Source: Mustelus asterias
Lineage: Eukaryota
DNA length: 64,000 bases
Reading direction: 5' to 3'
Assembly: GCF_964213995.1 (NCBI RefSeq)
Contig: NC_135820.1
Coordinates: 930,001-994,000, forward strand
Shown here: piece by piece, positions 13,137 through 25,000 of the stretch
Numbering within the stretch: the first letter of the stretch is position 1
Layout of the letters: each line of letters begins with the position of its first letter
Made by a program: the position numbers and the translations under genes
The notes under the pieces: generated by a model
Seen by the model: only the letters and a program-made list of their open reading frames with translations
The model's database searches: none
What the model was told of the DNA's origin: nothing

Positions 13137-13175
13137 AGCTGACGTTTCGAGTCCAGGCGACCCTTTGTCAAAGCT
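13137..13175 (-). ncRNA. Minimal type I hammerhead ribozyme motif (U3-A8 variant)
   Basis: AGCU-UUGACAA-A-GGGUC-GCCUG-GACUC-GAAA-CG-UC-AGCU in the Penelope terminal repeat. Confidence 0.6.
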
Positions 13176-14927
13176 AAAAGGCAGAGAAAGTGGGAGATAT
13201 TTATACTGAAGGGGGAGGGAATGGAAGATGATTCATAGCCACAGAAACCAGGGGAAAGGCTGCTAATGGCAGCCCAGAGAGAGAATAAAGGGTGTGAATG
13301 GCCAAACGGCAGAGAAGCTGAAATCAGAGGGTAAACTGTGACAGGTGAAGGTGTGGGGAGAGGGGGGGAAAGATGGGACAGAGGTAAAATGTAGAAAAGG
13401 GGAAGCGGGGGGAGAAGAGGGAAGGAGAGTGGGATAAAGAAAAATGAAGAAAGACAGTAAAGAAATTAAAGGTGGAGAACAGTCAAAAATTAAATAATAT
13501 CGAGTGAAAACAAAGGGGTGGAGGTGGGGAAGAGCGAATCATCTGAAGTTGTTGAATTCGATGTTGAGACCGGAAGGCTGTGAAGTGTCCAGCCGGAAGA
13601 TGAGATGCTGTTCCTCCAGTTTGCGTTGAGCTTCACTGGAACATTGCAGCAGTCCAAGGACAGACATGTGGCCGTGGGAGCAGGATCGTGTGTTAAACTG
13701 GCGAGGGAGGTCAGGATCCTGATTGCGCACAGACCGAAGGTGCTCAGCAAAGCGATCACCCAGTCTACGCCTGGTCTCTCCGATACAGAGGAGACGACAT
13801 TGGGAGCAGCGGATGCAAGAGACAAAATTGAAAGAGGGGCAAGTGAAACGCTGCTTAACCTGGAATGAGTGTTTTGGGCCTTGGATGGGAAGCATGGAAG
13901 AGGTAAAGGGACAGGTGTTACACCTTCTGCAATTGCATGGGAAGGTGCCATGAGTGACGGGAGAGGTGTTGGGTATAGTGGAGGAGTGGACTAGGTTATC
14001 CCGGAGGGAACGGTCCCTGCGGAATGCTGACAGAGGGAGTGAAGAGAAGATGTGTTTGGTGGTGGCATCGTGCTGGAGTTGGTGAAAATGGCGGAGGATT
14101 ACGCTTTGCATGCAGAGGCTGTTGGGGTGAAATGTGAGAACAAGGGGGACTCTCCTTGTTCTGGGAGGGAGGGGAGGGGGTGAGGGTCGTGGCGCGGGAG
14201 ACGGACCGCACGCTGTTGAGGGCCCAGTCGACAACTGTAGATGGGAATCCACGGTTGAGGAAGAAGGAGCACATCTTAGAAGCACCACTTTGGAAAGTGG
14301 CATCATCGGAACAAATGCGATGGGGGCGAAGGAGCTGAGAGAAAGGGATGGAGTTCTTACAGGATGTGGGGTGTGAAGCGCTGTCGTCCAGATAGCTGTG
14401 GGAGTCAGTGGGCTTGTAATGGGTATTGGTAAATAGTCTATTGCCGGAAATGGAGACAGAAAGGTCCAGGAAGGGAAGGGAAGTGCCTGAGATGGACCAG
14501 GTGAAGGTGATGGAGGGGTGGAATCTGGAAGCGAAGTTGATGAATTTTCCGAGGTCTGGACGAGAGCATGAAACAGCTCCAAAACAGTCATCGATGTACC
14601 GGTAAAGGGGCTGTGGGAGGGGACCTGGGTCGGCCTGGAACAAGACAAGAGTAGCCAGGACCCATGCGGGTTCCCATTGCTACTTCTTTGATTTGGAGAA
14701 AGTGGGATGAGTTCAAGGAGAAGTTGTTGAGAGATAGAACGAGTTCAGCCAGGCGGAGGAGAGTGATGGTGGATGGGAATTGTCCAGGCCTCTTTTGAAG
14801 AAAGAAGCGAAGATCTCTCGGGCCGTCCTGGTGTGGGACGGAGGTGTAGAGAGATTGCACATCCCTGGTGAATAGGAGGCGGTTAGGGCCTGCGAACTGG
14901 GAGCTGTCAATATGATGCAGGACATTT

Positions 14928-15259
14928 AGGGCGGCACGGTAGCACAGTGGTTAGCACTGCTGCTTCACAGCTCCAGGGACCTGGGTTCGATTCCCGGCTT
15001 AGGTCACTGTCTGTGTGGAGTTTGCACATTCTCCTCGTGTCTGCGTGGGTTTCCTCCGGGTGCTCCGGTTTCCTCCCACAGTCCAAAGATGTGCGGGTTA
15101 GGTTGATTGGCCATGCTAAAAATTGCCCCTTAGCGTCCTGAGATGTGTAGGTTAGAGGGATTAGCGGGTAAATATATGGGGGTAGGGCCTGGGTGGGATT
15201 GTGGTCGGTGCAGACTCGATGGGCCGAATGGCCTCCTTCTGCACTGTCGGGTTTCTATG
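14928..15259 (+). mobile_element. HE1-type tRNA-derived V-SINE inserted in the Penelope element
   Basis: gggcggcacggtagcacagtggttagc A box, ggttcgattcc B box, V-domain tgtggagtttgcacattctcc...gggtttcctccgggtgctccggtttcctcccac, CR1-type tail gatgggccgaatggcct. Confidence 0.9.
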
Positions 15260-16319
15260 ACATCAGAGGAATCCCGGATGTGGGTGGGGAGGGAATGGAC
15301 CAGGGGAGTGAGGATGGAGTCACGGTCAGAGGAAATAAGTTCAGTGGGGCAGGAGCATGCTGACACAATGGGCCTAGCCATTTTTGTGGATTTTGGGAAG
15401 TAGGTCGGAGCGGGCTGTCCGAGGTTGGGAGACTGAGGTTGGGGGGGGGGGAGAGAGGCATCCGGAGCAAAGGAGGTGGGTGACAGTGTTGGAGATAACA
15501 GCTTGATGTTCAGTGCTGTGGCCATGGGCCATGGGGGGATCTCTCCTCACAGATGCTGCCAGACCTGCTGAGATTTTCCAGCATTTTCTCTTTTGGTTCC
15601 TGTCTCCGTATCCCTGGGTTAGACTGAGGTCACTGAGGAAACACGCACGCAGAGATGAAAAGAATGTTGTGTTTGGGTAAAGGCGGCAGGTTTCCTTCCC
15701 CAGAAGGAACCAGATGGGTTTTTCCGACAATCGATGATAGTTGTCACGGTCGCCATTACTGAGATGAGCTTCAGAATTAGATATCGCTCTTGGGGCTAAA
15801 GGGAGCGAGGGATATGGGGAAAAGGGGGATATCAGGATATTGAATTTTATGATCAGCGATGATCTAAATGAATGGTGGAGCAGACCCGAGGGGGCGAATG
15901 GCCTCTTTCTGCTTCCAGTTTGTATGTTTGTATGATTCAGCCAGTGCTGTAAGATTCTATGCTTCTAAGAATTATAATCTCATTCTGGAGAGCTTTCTGT
16001 TTGCAAACACTATTGCTATGCTTGATTAATACTTCAAAGAATTTAATAATAAACTTTTCACTNNNNNNNNNNNNNNNNNNNNNNNNNNNNNNNNNNNNNN
16101 NNNNNNNNNNNNNNNNNNNNNNNNNNNNNNNNNNNNNNNNNNNNNNNNNNNNNNNNNNNNNNNNNNNNNNNNNNNNNNNNNNNNNNNNNNNNNNNNNNNN
16201 NNNNNNNNNNNNNNNNNNNNNNNNNNNNNNNNNNNNNNNNNNNNNNNNNNNNNNNNNNNNNNNNNNNNNNNNNNNNNNNNNNNNNNNNNNNNNNNNNNNN
16301 NNNNNNNACAGAGAAAGAG

Positions 16320-18520
16320 GCAGAGGGGTTTAGGGAGGGAATTCCAGAGCTGAGGGCCCCCCCAGGCAGCTGAAGGCACGGCCGCCAATGGCGGAGCGAT
16401 GGGAATCGGGAATTGCTCAGGAAGCCGGAATTGAAGGAAGGCAGAGATCTCGGAGGGTTGTTGGGGGCTGGAGGAGGTTACAGAGATAGGGAGGGTTGTC
16501 GGGGCTGGTGGAGGTTACAGAGATAGGGAGGGGTGTAGGGGCAGGAGGAGGTTACAGAGATAGGGAGGGGTGTAGGGGCTGGAGGAGGTTACAGAGATAG
16601 GGAGGGGGTGTAGGGACTGGAGGAGGTTACAGAGATAGGGAGGGGTGGAGGGGCTGGAGGAGGTTACAGAGATAGGGAGGGGTGTAGGGGCTGGAGGAGG
16701 TTACAGAGTTAGGGAGGGTTGTAGGGGCTGTAGGAGGTTACAGAGATAGGGAGGGTTGTAGGGACTGGAGGAGGTTACAGAGATAGGGAGGGGGTGTAGG
16801 AGCTGGAGGAGGGGTGTAGGAGCTGGAGAAGGTTACAGAGATAGGAAGGGGTGTGGGGGTGGAGGAGGTTACAGAGATAGGGAGGGGTGTAGGAGCTGGA
16901 GGAGGTTACAGAGATAGGGAGAGGTGAAGGGGCTGGAGGAGGTTACAGAGATAGGAAGGGGTGTAGGGACTGAAGGAGGTTACAGAGATAGGGAGGGGGT
17001 GTAGGGGCTGGAGAAGGTTACAGAGATGGGGAGGGGTGAAGGGGCTGGAGGAGGTTACAGAGATAGGAAGGGGTGTTTGGGCGAGAGGAGGTTACAGAGA
17101 TAGGGAGGAGTGTAAGAACTGGAGGAGGTTACAGGGATACGGAGGGGGTTTAGGGGCTGGAGGAGGTTACAGAGATAGGGAGGGGGTGTAGGGGGTTACA
17201 GAGATAGGGAGGGGGTGTAGGGGCTGGAGGAGGGTACAGAGATAGGGAGGGTTGTAGGGGCTGGAGGAAGTTACAGAGATAGGTAGGGTTGTAGGGGCTG
17301 GAGGAGGGTACAGAGATAGGGAGGGGGTGTAGGGGCTGGAGGAGGATGCAGAGATAGGGAGGGGGTGTAGGGGCTGGAGGAGGGCACAGAGATAGGGAGA
17401 GGGTGTAGGGGCTGGAGGAGGGTACAGAGATAGGGAGGGGGTGTAGGGGCTGGAGGAGGTTACAGAAATAGGGAGGGGTGTAGGGGCTGGAGGAGGTTAC
17501 AGAGATAGGGAGGGGTGTAGGGGCTGGAGGAGGGGACAGAGATAGGGAGGGGGTGCAGGGGCTGGAGGAGGGTACAGAGATAGGGAGGGGGGTGTAGGGG
17601 CTGGAGGAGGGGACAGAGATAGGGAGGGGTGTAGGGGCTGGAGGAGGGGACAGAGATAGGGAGGGGGTGCAGGGGCTGGAGGAGGGTACAGAGATAGGGA
17701 GGGGTGTAGAGGCTGGAGGAGGTTACAGAGATAGGGAGGGGGTGTAGGGGCTAGAGGCGGGTACAGAGATAGGGAGGGGGTGTAGGGGCTGGAGGAGGTT
17801 ACAGAGATAGGGAGGGGTGGAGGGGCTGGAGGGGGTTACAGAGATAGGGAGGGGGTGTAGGGGCTAGAGGCGGGTACAGAGATAGGGAGGGGGTGTAGGG
17901 GCTGGAGGAGGTTACAGAGATAGGGAGGGGTGTAGGGGCTGGAGGGGGTTACAGAGATAGGGAGGGGGGTGTAGGGGCTGGAGGAGGTTACAGAGATAGG
18001 GAGGGGTGTAGGGGCTGGAGGAGGTTACAGAGATAGGGAGGGGGTGTAGGGGCTGGTGGAGGTTACAGAGATAGGGAGGGGTGTAGAGGCTGGAGGAGGT
18101 TACAGAGATAGGGAGGGGTGTAGGGGCTGGAGGAGGTTACAGAGATAGGGAGGGGGTGTAGGGGCTGGAGGAGGTTACAGAGATAGGGAGGGGGTGTAGG
18201 GGCTGGAGAAGGTTACAGAGATAGGGAGGGGGTGTAGGGGCTGGAGAAGGTTACAGAGATAGGGAGGGGGTGTAGGGGCTGGAGAAGGTTACAGAGATAG
18301 GGAGGGGGTGTAGGGGCTGGAGGAGGTTACAGAGAAAGGGAGGGGTGTAGGGGCTGGAGGAGGTTACAGAGATAGGGAGGGGTGTAGGGGCTGGAGGAGG
18401 TTACAGAGATAGGGAGGGGTGTAGGGGCTGGAGGAGGTTACAGAGATAGGGAGGGGGTGAAGAATGAATTGGAGACGAGGGGGAGAATGTTAAAATCGCG
18501 GTGTTGCGGGACAGGGACTC
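16320..18520. repeat. Antisense L2 remnant with about 2 kb internal 37-bp minisatellite
   Basis: L2-derived sequence on both sides (LWNSLP/GRAFS at left; HRDFNILPLV at right). Confidence 0.92.
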
Positions 18521-18917
18521 TGCGAGGGAGAAGGGGATTTGATTCGAGACAGTGAGAGAGAGAAAGTGATGGGGAGAGTGCTGGAATTCTGTCCAGATCG
18601 AACTGTCTGTAAATACACATCTTGAGAAGGCGTTAATATCTAATGGAGTGACGAAGCGTCACTGGGTCTCATTGCTAATCTCTCGGTAATGTTTTCCTCA
18701 TTCCTGTTTACCCAATCGCTGCAGATGAGGAAGATGGGATTGATTCAGTCTGAAAAGATTTCATCAGCTTCATAATCTGGTAATAAAACTCGCAACTTCC
18801 CTTCAGCTCACTGCGCTGTTCACTGTAACAGATTCATCACCAGTGACTCAGGGCGACACTCAACACAGCCAGAAGATTAGGTGGCACCTCAGACAGGGCA
18901 GACTGAGGGAAACTCAC

Positions 18918-19770
18918 GCAGACACTCCCAGTGCCAGTGCTGAGGGAGTGCCGCACTGTCAGAGGGCCAGTATTGAGGGAGTGCCGCACTGTCAGAGGGT
19001 CAGTACTGAGGGAGTGCCACACTGTCAGAGGGTCAGTGCTGAGGGAGTGCCGCACTGTCAGAGGGTCAGTACTGAGGGAGTGCCGCACTGTCAGAGGGTC
19101 AGTACTGAGGGAGTGCCGCACTGTCAGAGGGTCAGTGCTGAGGGAGTGCCGCACTGTCAGACGGTCAGTACTGAGGGAGTGCCGCACTGTCAGAGGGTCA
19201 GTGCTGAGGGAGTGCCGCACTGTCAGAGGGTCAGTACTGAGGGAGTGCCGCACTGTCAGAGGGTCAGTACTGAGGGAGTGCCACACTGTCAGAGGGTCAG
19301 TACTGAGGGAGTGCCACACTGTCAGAGGGTCAGCGCTGAGGGAGTGCCGCACTGTCAGAGGGTCAGTACTGAGGGAGTGCCGCACTGTCAGAGGGTCAGT
19401 ACTGAGGGAGTGCCGCACTGTCAGAGGGTCAGTGCTGAGGGAGTGCCGCACTGTCAGAGGGTCAGTACTGAGGGAGTGCCGCACTGTCAGAGGGTCAGCG
19501 CTGAGGGAGTGCCGCACTGTCAGAGGGTCAGTACTGAGGGAGTGCCGCACTGTCAGAGGGTCAGTACTGAGGGAGTGCCGCACTGTCAGAGGGTCAGTAC
19601 TGAGGGAGTGCCGCACTGTCAGAGGGTCAGTACTGAGGGAGTGCCGCACTGTCAGAGGGTCAGTACTGAGGGAGTGCCGCACTGTGAAATGTTGTATAAA
19701 CCTCTATTTGGAAGAAGAGTGGGGTGTGGGATCTTGCTATGCGCAAAATGGCCGCTGCGTTTCCAACACT
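18918..19770 (+). repeat. 33-bp minisatellite (18935-19685) embedded in a DeuSINE (SacSINE1-like) remnant
   Basis: gacactcccagtgccagtgctgaggg on the left; ctatttggaagaagag...gtgggatcttgctatgcgcaaaatggccgctgcgtttcc on the right. Confidence 0.88.
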
Positions 19771-20017
19771 ATTTAAATCGTGCTCAAAGTTCTTTGTTAT
19801 CTGTGCCGGACTTTGGGACATTTGGATGGCGGGGGAGCGGGCGGGAGAGGTGTTGGAAAGTTCAGAGTGTTTTGCTCTTGATTGGGGACTGCCAGTCAGA
19901 CACTCACCCCCGTGTTCCCACGGGGTAATTAGCGATGGACAATAAACTCTGACCTGACCCTGCGACTGAGAGACCAGTCGTGTGCGACAAAACATTCGGT
20001 CTGACCCGATAGAAATC

Positions 20018-20023
20018 TTTTAA
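20018..20023 (-). promoter_or_regulatory. Possible ATTAAA polyadenylation signal of the minus-strand Siglec gene (3'UTR about 1.7 kb)
   Basis: tttaat on + in AT-rich unique sequence downstream of the stop; no transcript evidence. Confidence 0.3.
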
Positions 20024-20654
20024 TTTACAATTGATAAATCCACAAAAAGGCAACAAGTTCACCTCCGATTTCCCCCGTCACATCTTCCCCTCAGCATTCC
20101 ACGACGGCATCGACGGAAAACTAAATCCTAAACTAACGGCCGATCCATGTTTCTCCCCACGATGGAACTGTGTCGAAAGCTTGTCACACCAGCGAGATTG
20201 GCAGTGCTTTTAGTCCCCGTGCTTTGCCGTGCCACGAACCTACCTGATCGCGTCTGAGAGTTTGCATCCAGCGCACGCACGGGTTAGAAGCAGAAGTCCA
20301 TTCTGCCCCTCTAGCTTTCTCCCCTTCCTGCCCCATCAATCAGACCCGATAATGTTAACAGCAGATCCACCTGGACCTCTGCTCCTCCTCTTTACCTCTT
20401 CATGGCAAGAAGTCTCACATCAACCAGGTTAAAGTCCAACAGGTTTACCCCAGTCCAACGCCGGCATCCCCACGTCATGACTGCCTCTTCATGAGCAGTC
20501 ACTTTCTCCTATCAACCCCCCTCCAACTCCAACACAACCCTCGAAATCCCACCCCCTCGATTGGAAATCTCCAACACGGCCTGGAATATATTCAGCACCC
20601 CCCCGCCCCCCAGCCCCATTCCCAGCTCCTCCGCCGTCTCTCTTAGGAGAGAGT

Positions 20655-20832
20655 TCCAAGATACTGGAACTCCCTCCCTAACAGCACAGTGGGTGTACCT
20701 ACACCACACGGGGGCTGCAGCGGGTTCAAGATGGCGGCTCACTCACCCCCTTCTCGAGGGGGTAATTAGGGATGGGGATCAGGTCGGGCCCGGCCAGTGA
20801 GGCTCGCATCCCGGGGATGAATGAAAAACAAA
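20655..20832 (+). mobile_element. LINE family 'B' extreme 3' end
   Basis: tggaactccctccctaacagcac...gcgggttcaagatggcggctca...atgaatgaaaaa tail. Confidence 0.7.
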
Positions 20833-21309
20833 CATTGCGAGGAGTGGTTAGGTTGCGCAAAGTTAAAATCGACGCGTGCGTCGCCCTTTGACCCAGGGGA
20901 AAGTGCTCAGGGGAGAGCGGGAGGGACGCTGCTGCATCTCTGGGAAGGTGGTGTGGGAAGGAGGAAGGGTTCAAACACAATGAGCAACAGGCGACGTGTC
21001 TGAAGCTGGGAGAGTGGTGAAGGTGAAGGAAGTTCCTCACGGTGAGAATCTGTGGTCGCGAGCGCCACGATCACACGCAGACAGCGGGAGGGACTGAGGG
21101 ACACGGCTGGGACAGCGCATCTTCCAACCCCTCGTCAACACCACCGGGCTTGGGGGACTTCAAACTTCGACCCGCAACCGGCAGAGGTCAGGCATCGACC
21201 CCTGACCTCCAGTCCCACCCACAACACTGTCGCACTGTTGTCAAAAACAGGCGGTTTACTGGAAAAAGCAATTACACCCCAACTTGACCAATACGGAGCC
21301 CCGGCAGGG

Positions 21310-21587
21310 TCTGGAGGAGGTTACAGAGATAGGGAGGGGGTGTAGGGGCTGGAGGAGGTTTCAGAGATAGGGAGGGGTGTAGGGGCTGGAGGAGGTTACA
21401 GAGATAGGGAGGTTTGTAGGGGCTGGAGGAGGTTACAGAGATAGGGAGGGGTGTAGGGGCTGGAGGAGGTTACAGAGATAGGGACGGGGGGGGGTGTGGG
21501 GACTGGAGGAGGTTACAGAGATAGGGAGGGGTGTAGGAGCTGGAGAAGGTCACAGAGATAGGGAGGGGGTGTAGGGGCTGGAGAAGG
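21310..21587. repeat. 37-bp L2-derived minisatellite in the putative 3'UTR
   Basis: About 7 tandem units. Confidence 0.9.
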
Positions 21588-21746
21588 TGTCCATTTGGGA
21601 TAAGCGGGGGAGGGGCAGCAATGTCTTGGGCCCGGGAAAGCGGGGATGATGCTCTCTCCAATGCGAGGGATGAGATATCCCGTAGCGAGGGTCCCTCCGA
21701 TCAGGATGCAGGCGAAGTGTTAGGCCCGGATCCTTCCAGCCGGGCC

Positions 21747-22013
21747 TCACTGCGGTTTGATCTGGGCATACTGGGTGCTGTCCCTATTTCCCACAATCCC
21801 GTCTGAGCAGTTCGCTTTCGAGAAGTCGATGCAGGCGTAATGTAACTCCAGCTCCTCCTCTCCCGCCTCCTGGCTGGCCTCCCCATTCCCCAGCACCCTC
21901 AGGCTTGTCGTCTGCTGGGGCTCCTCTGTCTGAAGGTCAAGCTCCTCCGTCTGAGGGTCCACCTCCACTGCGTCAGCCTCCACCTCCACCTCCACCTCTC
22001 CCTCAGCCTCCAC
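21747..22013 (-). CDS. Siglec-like gene terminal coding exon with ITIM and ITSM-like motifs
   Basis: ctttctgttgcag|GTG acceptor; [10 protein letters not shown]...ELHYACIDF...[11 protein letters not shown]. Confidence 0.9.
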   Translation of the reverse strand: MEAEGEVEVEVEADAVEVDPQTEELDLQTEEPQQTTSLRVLGNGEASQEAGEEELELHYACIDFSKANCSDGIVGNRDSTQYAQIKPQ

Positions 22014-25000
22014 CTGCAACAGAAAGGGCCAGAATCCATCACCAGACACATCAACTACCAACACACTCCTGATCACAGCAGGAGGCCCCATTCACCCTCC
22101 TTGAGCCTGTTACACAGGAACAGGAGGAGGCCCCATTCACCCCCCTCGAGCCTGTTACACAGGAACAGGAGGAGGCCCCATTCAGCCCCTCGAGCCTGTT
22201 ACACAGGAACAGGAGGAGGCCCCATTCAGCCCCCTCGAGCCTGTTACACAGGAACAGGAGGAGGCCATTCAGCCCCTCCAGCCTGTTACACAGGAACAGG
22301 AGGAGGCCATTCAGCCCCTCCAGCCTGTTACACAGGAACAGGAGGAGGCCCCATTCAGCCCCTCCAGCCTGTTACACAGGAACAGGAGGAGGCCCCATTC
22401 AGCCCCTCGAGCCTGTTACACAGGAACAGGAGGAGGCCCCATTCAGCCCCTCCAGCCTGTTACACAGGAACAGGAGGAGGCCCCATTCAGCCCCTCGAGC
22501 CTGTTACACAGGAACAGGAGGAGGCCCCATTCAGCCCCTCGAGCCTGTTACACAGGAACAGGAGGAGGCCCCATTCCGCCCCTCGAGCCTGTTACACAGG
22601 AACAGGAGGAGGCCCCATTCAGCCCCTCGAGCCTGTTACACAGGAACAGGAGGAGGCCATTCCGCCCCTCGAGCCTGTTACACAGGAACAGGAGGACGCC
22701 CCATTCCGCCCCTCGAGCCTGTTACACAGGAACAGGAGGAGGCCCCATTCCGCCCCTCGAGCCTGTTACACAGGAACAGGAGGAGGCCCTATTCCGCCCC
22801 TCGAGCCTGTTACACAGGAACAGGAGGAGGCCCCATGCGTTCTGTCTTGTCAAACCATGAGTTGAGGGGAAGTCCGCTCGGGGTGCGGGGCAGGGATGAG
22901 GGAGTGAGGAGCAATTGGCATGATCTTGCGAAGGGTAAGGGCTGTATGGACTCATTCCTTGCTCTTTGGTTCCCCAGTCTGATCTACCCCCTCCCACAGG
23001 GACCAAAAGGTAGGTATAGACATTCCCAAATGGGAGAAACCGGAACGCGATCGAGAGTGAGACGGAGATTATACCAAGCTGAGTGTCCGCACGGGCGTCC
23101 GCTGCCCAGTCAACATCTGCATCTCCGTAGCATCGATCGGAGTTCGCTTCTCCCTCCTGGAAAGATTAAAACAGAGAAAACCATCACCACAATCTCCAAC
23201 GCAGCAGAACATGAGCGGGGAACCACACACCAATCAAAGTGATATCCCTCGGTTAGACCCACACTCGGAGCACTGTGCACAGTTCCGGTCTCTGTATCCC
23301 TCGGTTAGACCCACACTCGGAGCACTGTGCACAGTTCCAGTCTCCATATCCCTCGGTTAGACCCACACTCGGAGCACTGTGCACAGTTCCAGTCTCCATA
23401 TCCCTCGGTTAGACCCACACTCGGAGCACTGTGCACAGTTCCGGTCTCCATATCCCTCGGTTAGACCACACTCGGAGCACTGTGCACAGTTCCGGTCTCC
23501 ATATCCCTCGGTTAGACCCACACTCGGAGCACTGTGCACAGTTCCGGTCTCCATATCCCTCGGTTAGACCCACACTCGGAGCACTGTGCACAGTTCCGGT
23601 CTCTGTATCCCTCGGTTAGACCCACACTCGGAGCACTGTGCACAGTTCCAGTCTCCATAACCCTCGGTTCGACCCACACTGGGAGCACTGTGCACAGTTC
23701 AGATCGAGAGAATGGGGGTGGGTCTTGTGTATGGAGGGCAGTTGGTGAGGGAATAAAAGGAGTTATAGAAATCTCTGGGCATGAGCGTTATCTTACCTCC
23801 GGCAGCAGATGAATATCTGGCACAACAGCAAAGAGAGAAGGAGCATTCCGAGAGCGCCAGCCAAAACCCCCAACACCAACTGCTCCAGCTGAGAATCCAT
23901 TCCTGAAAACACACAATGAGGAATTACTCAGCACTGCGGGAGTGCTGCACTGTCAGAGGGTCAGTGCTGAGGGAGTGCCGCACTGTCAGAGGGTCAGTGC
24001 TGAGGGAGTGCCGCACTGTCAGAGGGTCAGTGCTGAGGGAGTGCCGCACTGTCAGAGGGTCGGTACTGAGGGAGTGCCGCACTGTCAGAGGGTCAGTACT
24101 GAGGGAGTGCCGCACTGTCAGAGGGTCAGTACTGAGGGAGTGTCGCACTGTCAGAGGGTCAGTACTGAGGGAGTGTCGCACTGTCAGAGGGTCAGTACTG
24201 AGGGAATGCCGCACTGTCAGAGGGTCAGTACTGAGGGAGTGCCGCACTGTCAGAGGGTCAGTACTGAGGGAGCGCCGCACTGTCAGAGGGTCAGTGCTGA
24301 GGGAGTGCCGCACTGTCAGACAGTCAGTACTGAGGGAGTGCCGCACTGTCAGAGGGTCAGTACTGAGGGAGCGCCGCACTGTCAGAGGGTCAGTGCTGAG
24401 GGAGTGCCGCACTGTCAGACAGTCAGTACTGAGGGAGTGCCGCACTGTCAGAGGGTCAGTGCTGAGGGAGTGCCGCACTGTCAGAGGGTCAGTGCTGAGG
24501 GAGTGCCGCACTGTCAGAGGGTCAGTACTGAGGGAGTGCCGCACTGTCAGAGGGTCAGTACTGAGGGAGTGCCACACTGTCAGAGGGTCGGTACTGAGGG
24601 AGTGCCGCACTGTCAGAGGGTCAGTGCTGAGGGAGTGCCGCACTGTCAGAGGGTCAGTGCTGAGGGAGTGCCGCACTGTCAGAGGGTCAGTGCTGAGGGA
24701 GTGCCGCACTGTCAGATGGTCAATGCTGAGGGAGTGCCGTACTGTCAGAGGGTCAGTGCTGAGGGAGTGCCGCACTGTCAGATGGTCAGTGCTGAGGGAG
24801 TGCCGCACTGTCAGAGGGTCAGTGCTGAGGGAGTGCCGCACTGTCAGAGAGTCAGTACTGAGGGAGTGCCGCACTGTCAGAGGGTCAGTACTGAGGGAGT
24901 GCTGCACTGTCAGAGGGTCAGTACTGAGGGAGTGCCGCACTGTCAGAGGGTCAGTACTGAGGGAGTGCCGCACTGTCAGAGGGTCAGTGCTGAGGGAGCG

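Larger units (their letters stand above)
13040..15598 (-). mobile_element. Penelope-like retroelement (RT plus GIY-YIG), frameshifted, with inverted partial terminal repeat
   Basis: AMGTRMGP, YRYIDDCFG, CIRCSQCRLLCIGETRRRLGDRFAEHLRS, GLNIEF; 13074-13130 recurs inverted at 15540-15598. Confidence 0.9.

Noticed and set aside
14928-15000. tRNA-like sequence with A and B boxes (also 55917 and 47345)
   Set aside because: SINE heads continuing into SINE bodies, not tRNA genes.
18600-18930. Unique intergenic island with AP-1 (TGACTCA), ETS (GAGGAA) and partial CTCF-like motifs
   Set aside because: Short motifs expected by chance; no conservation or chromatin data.
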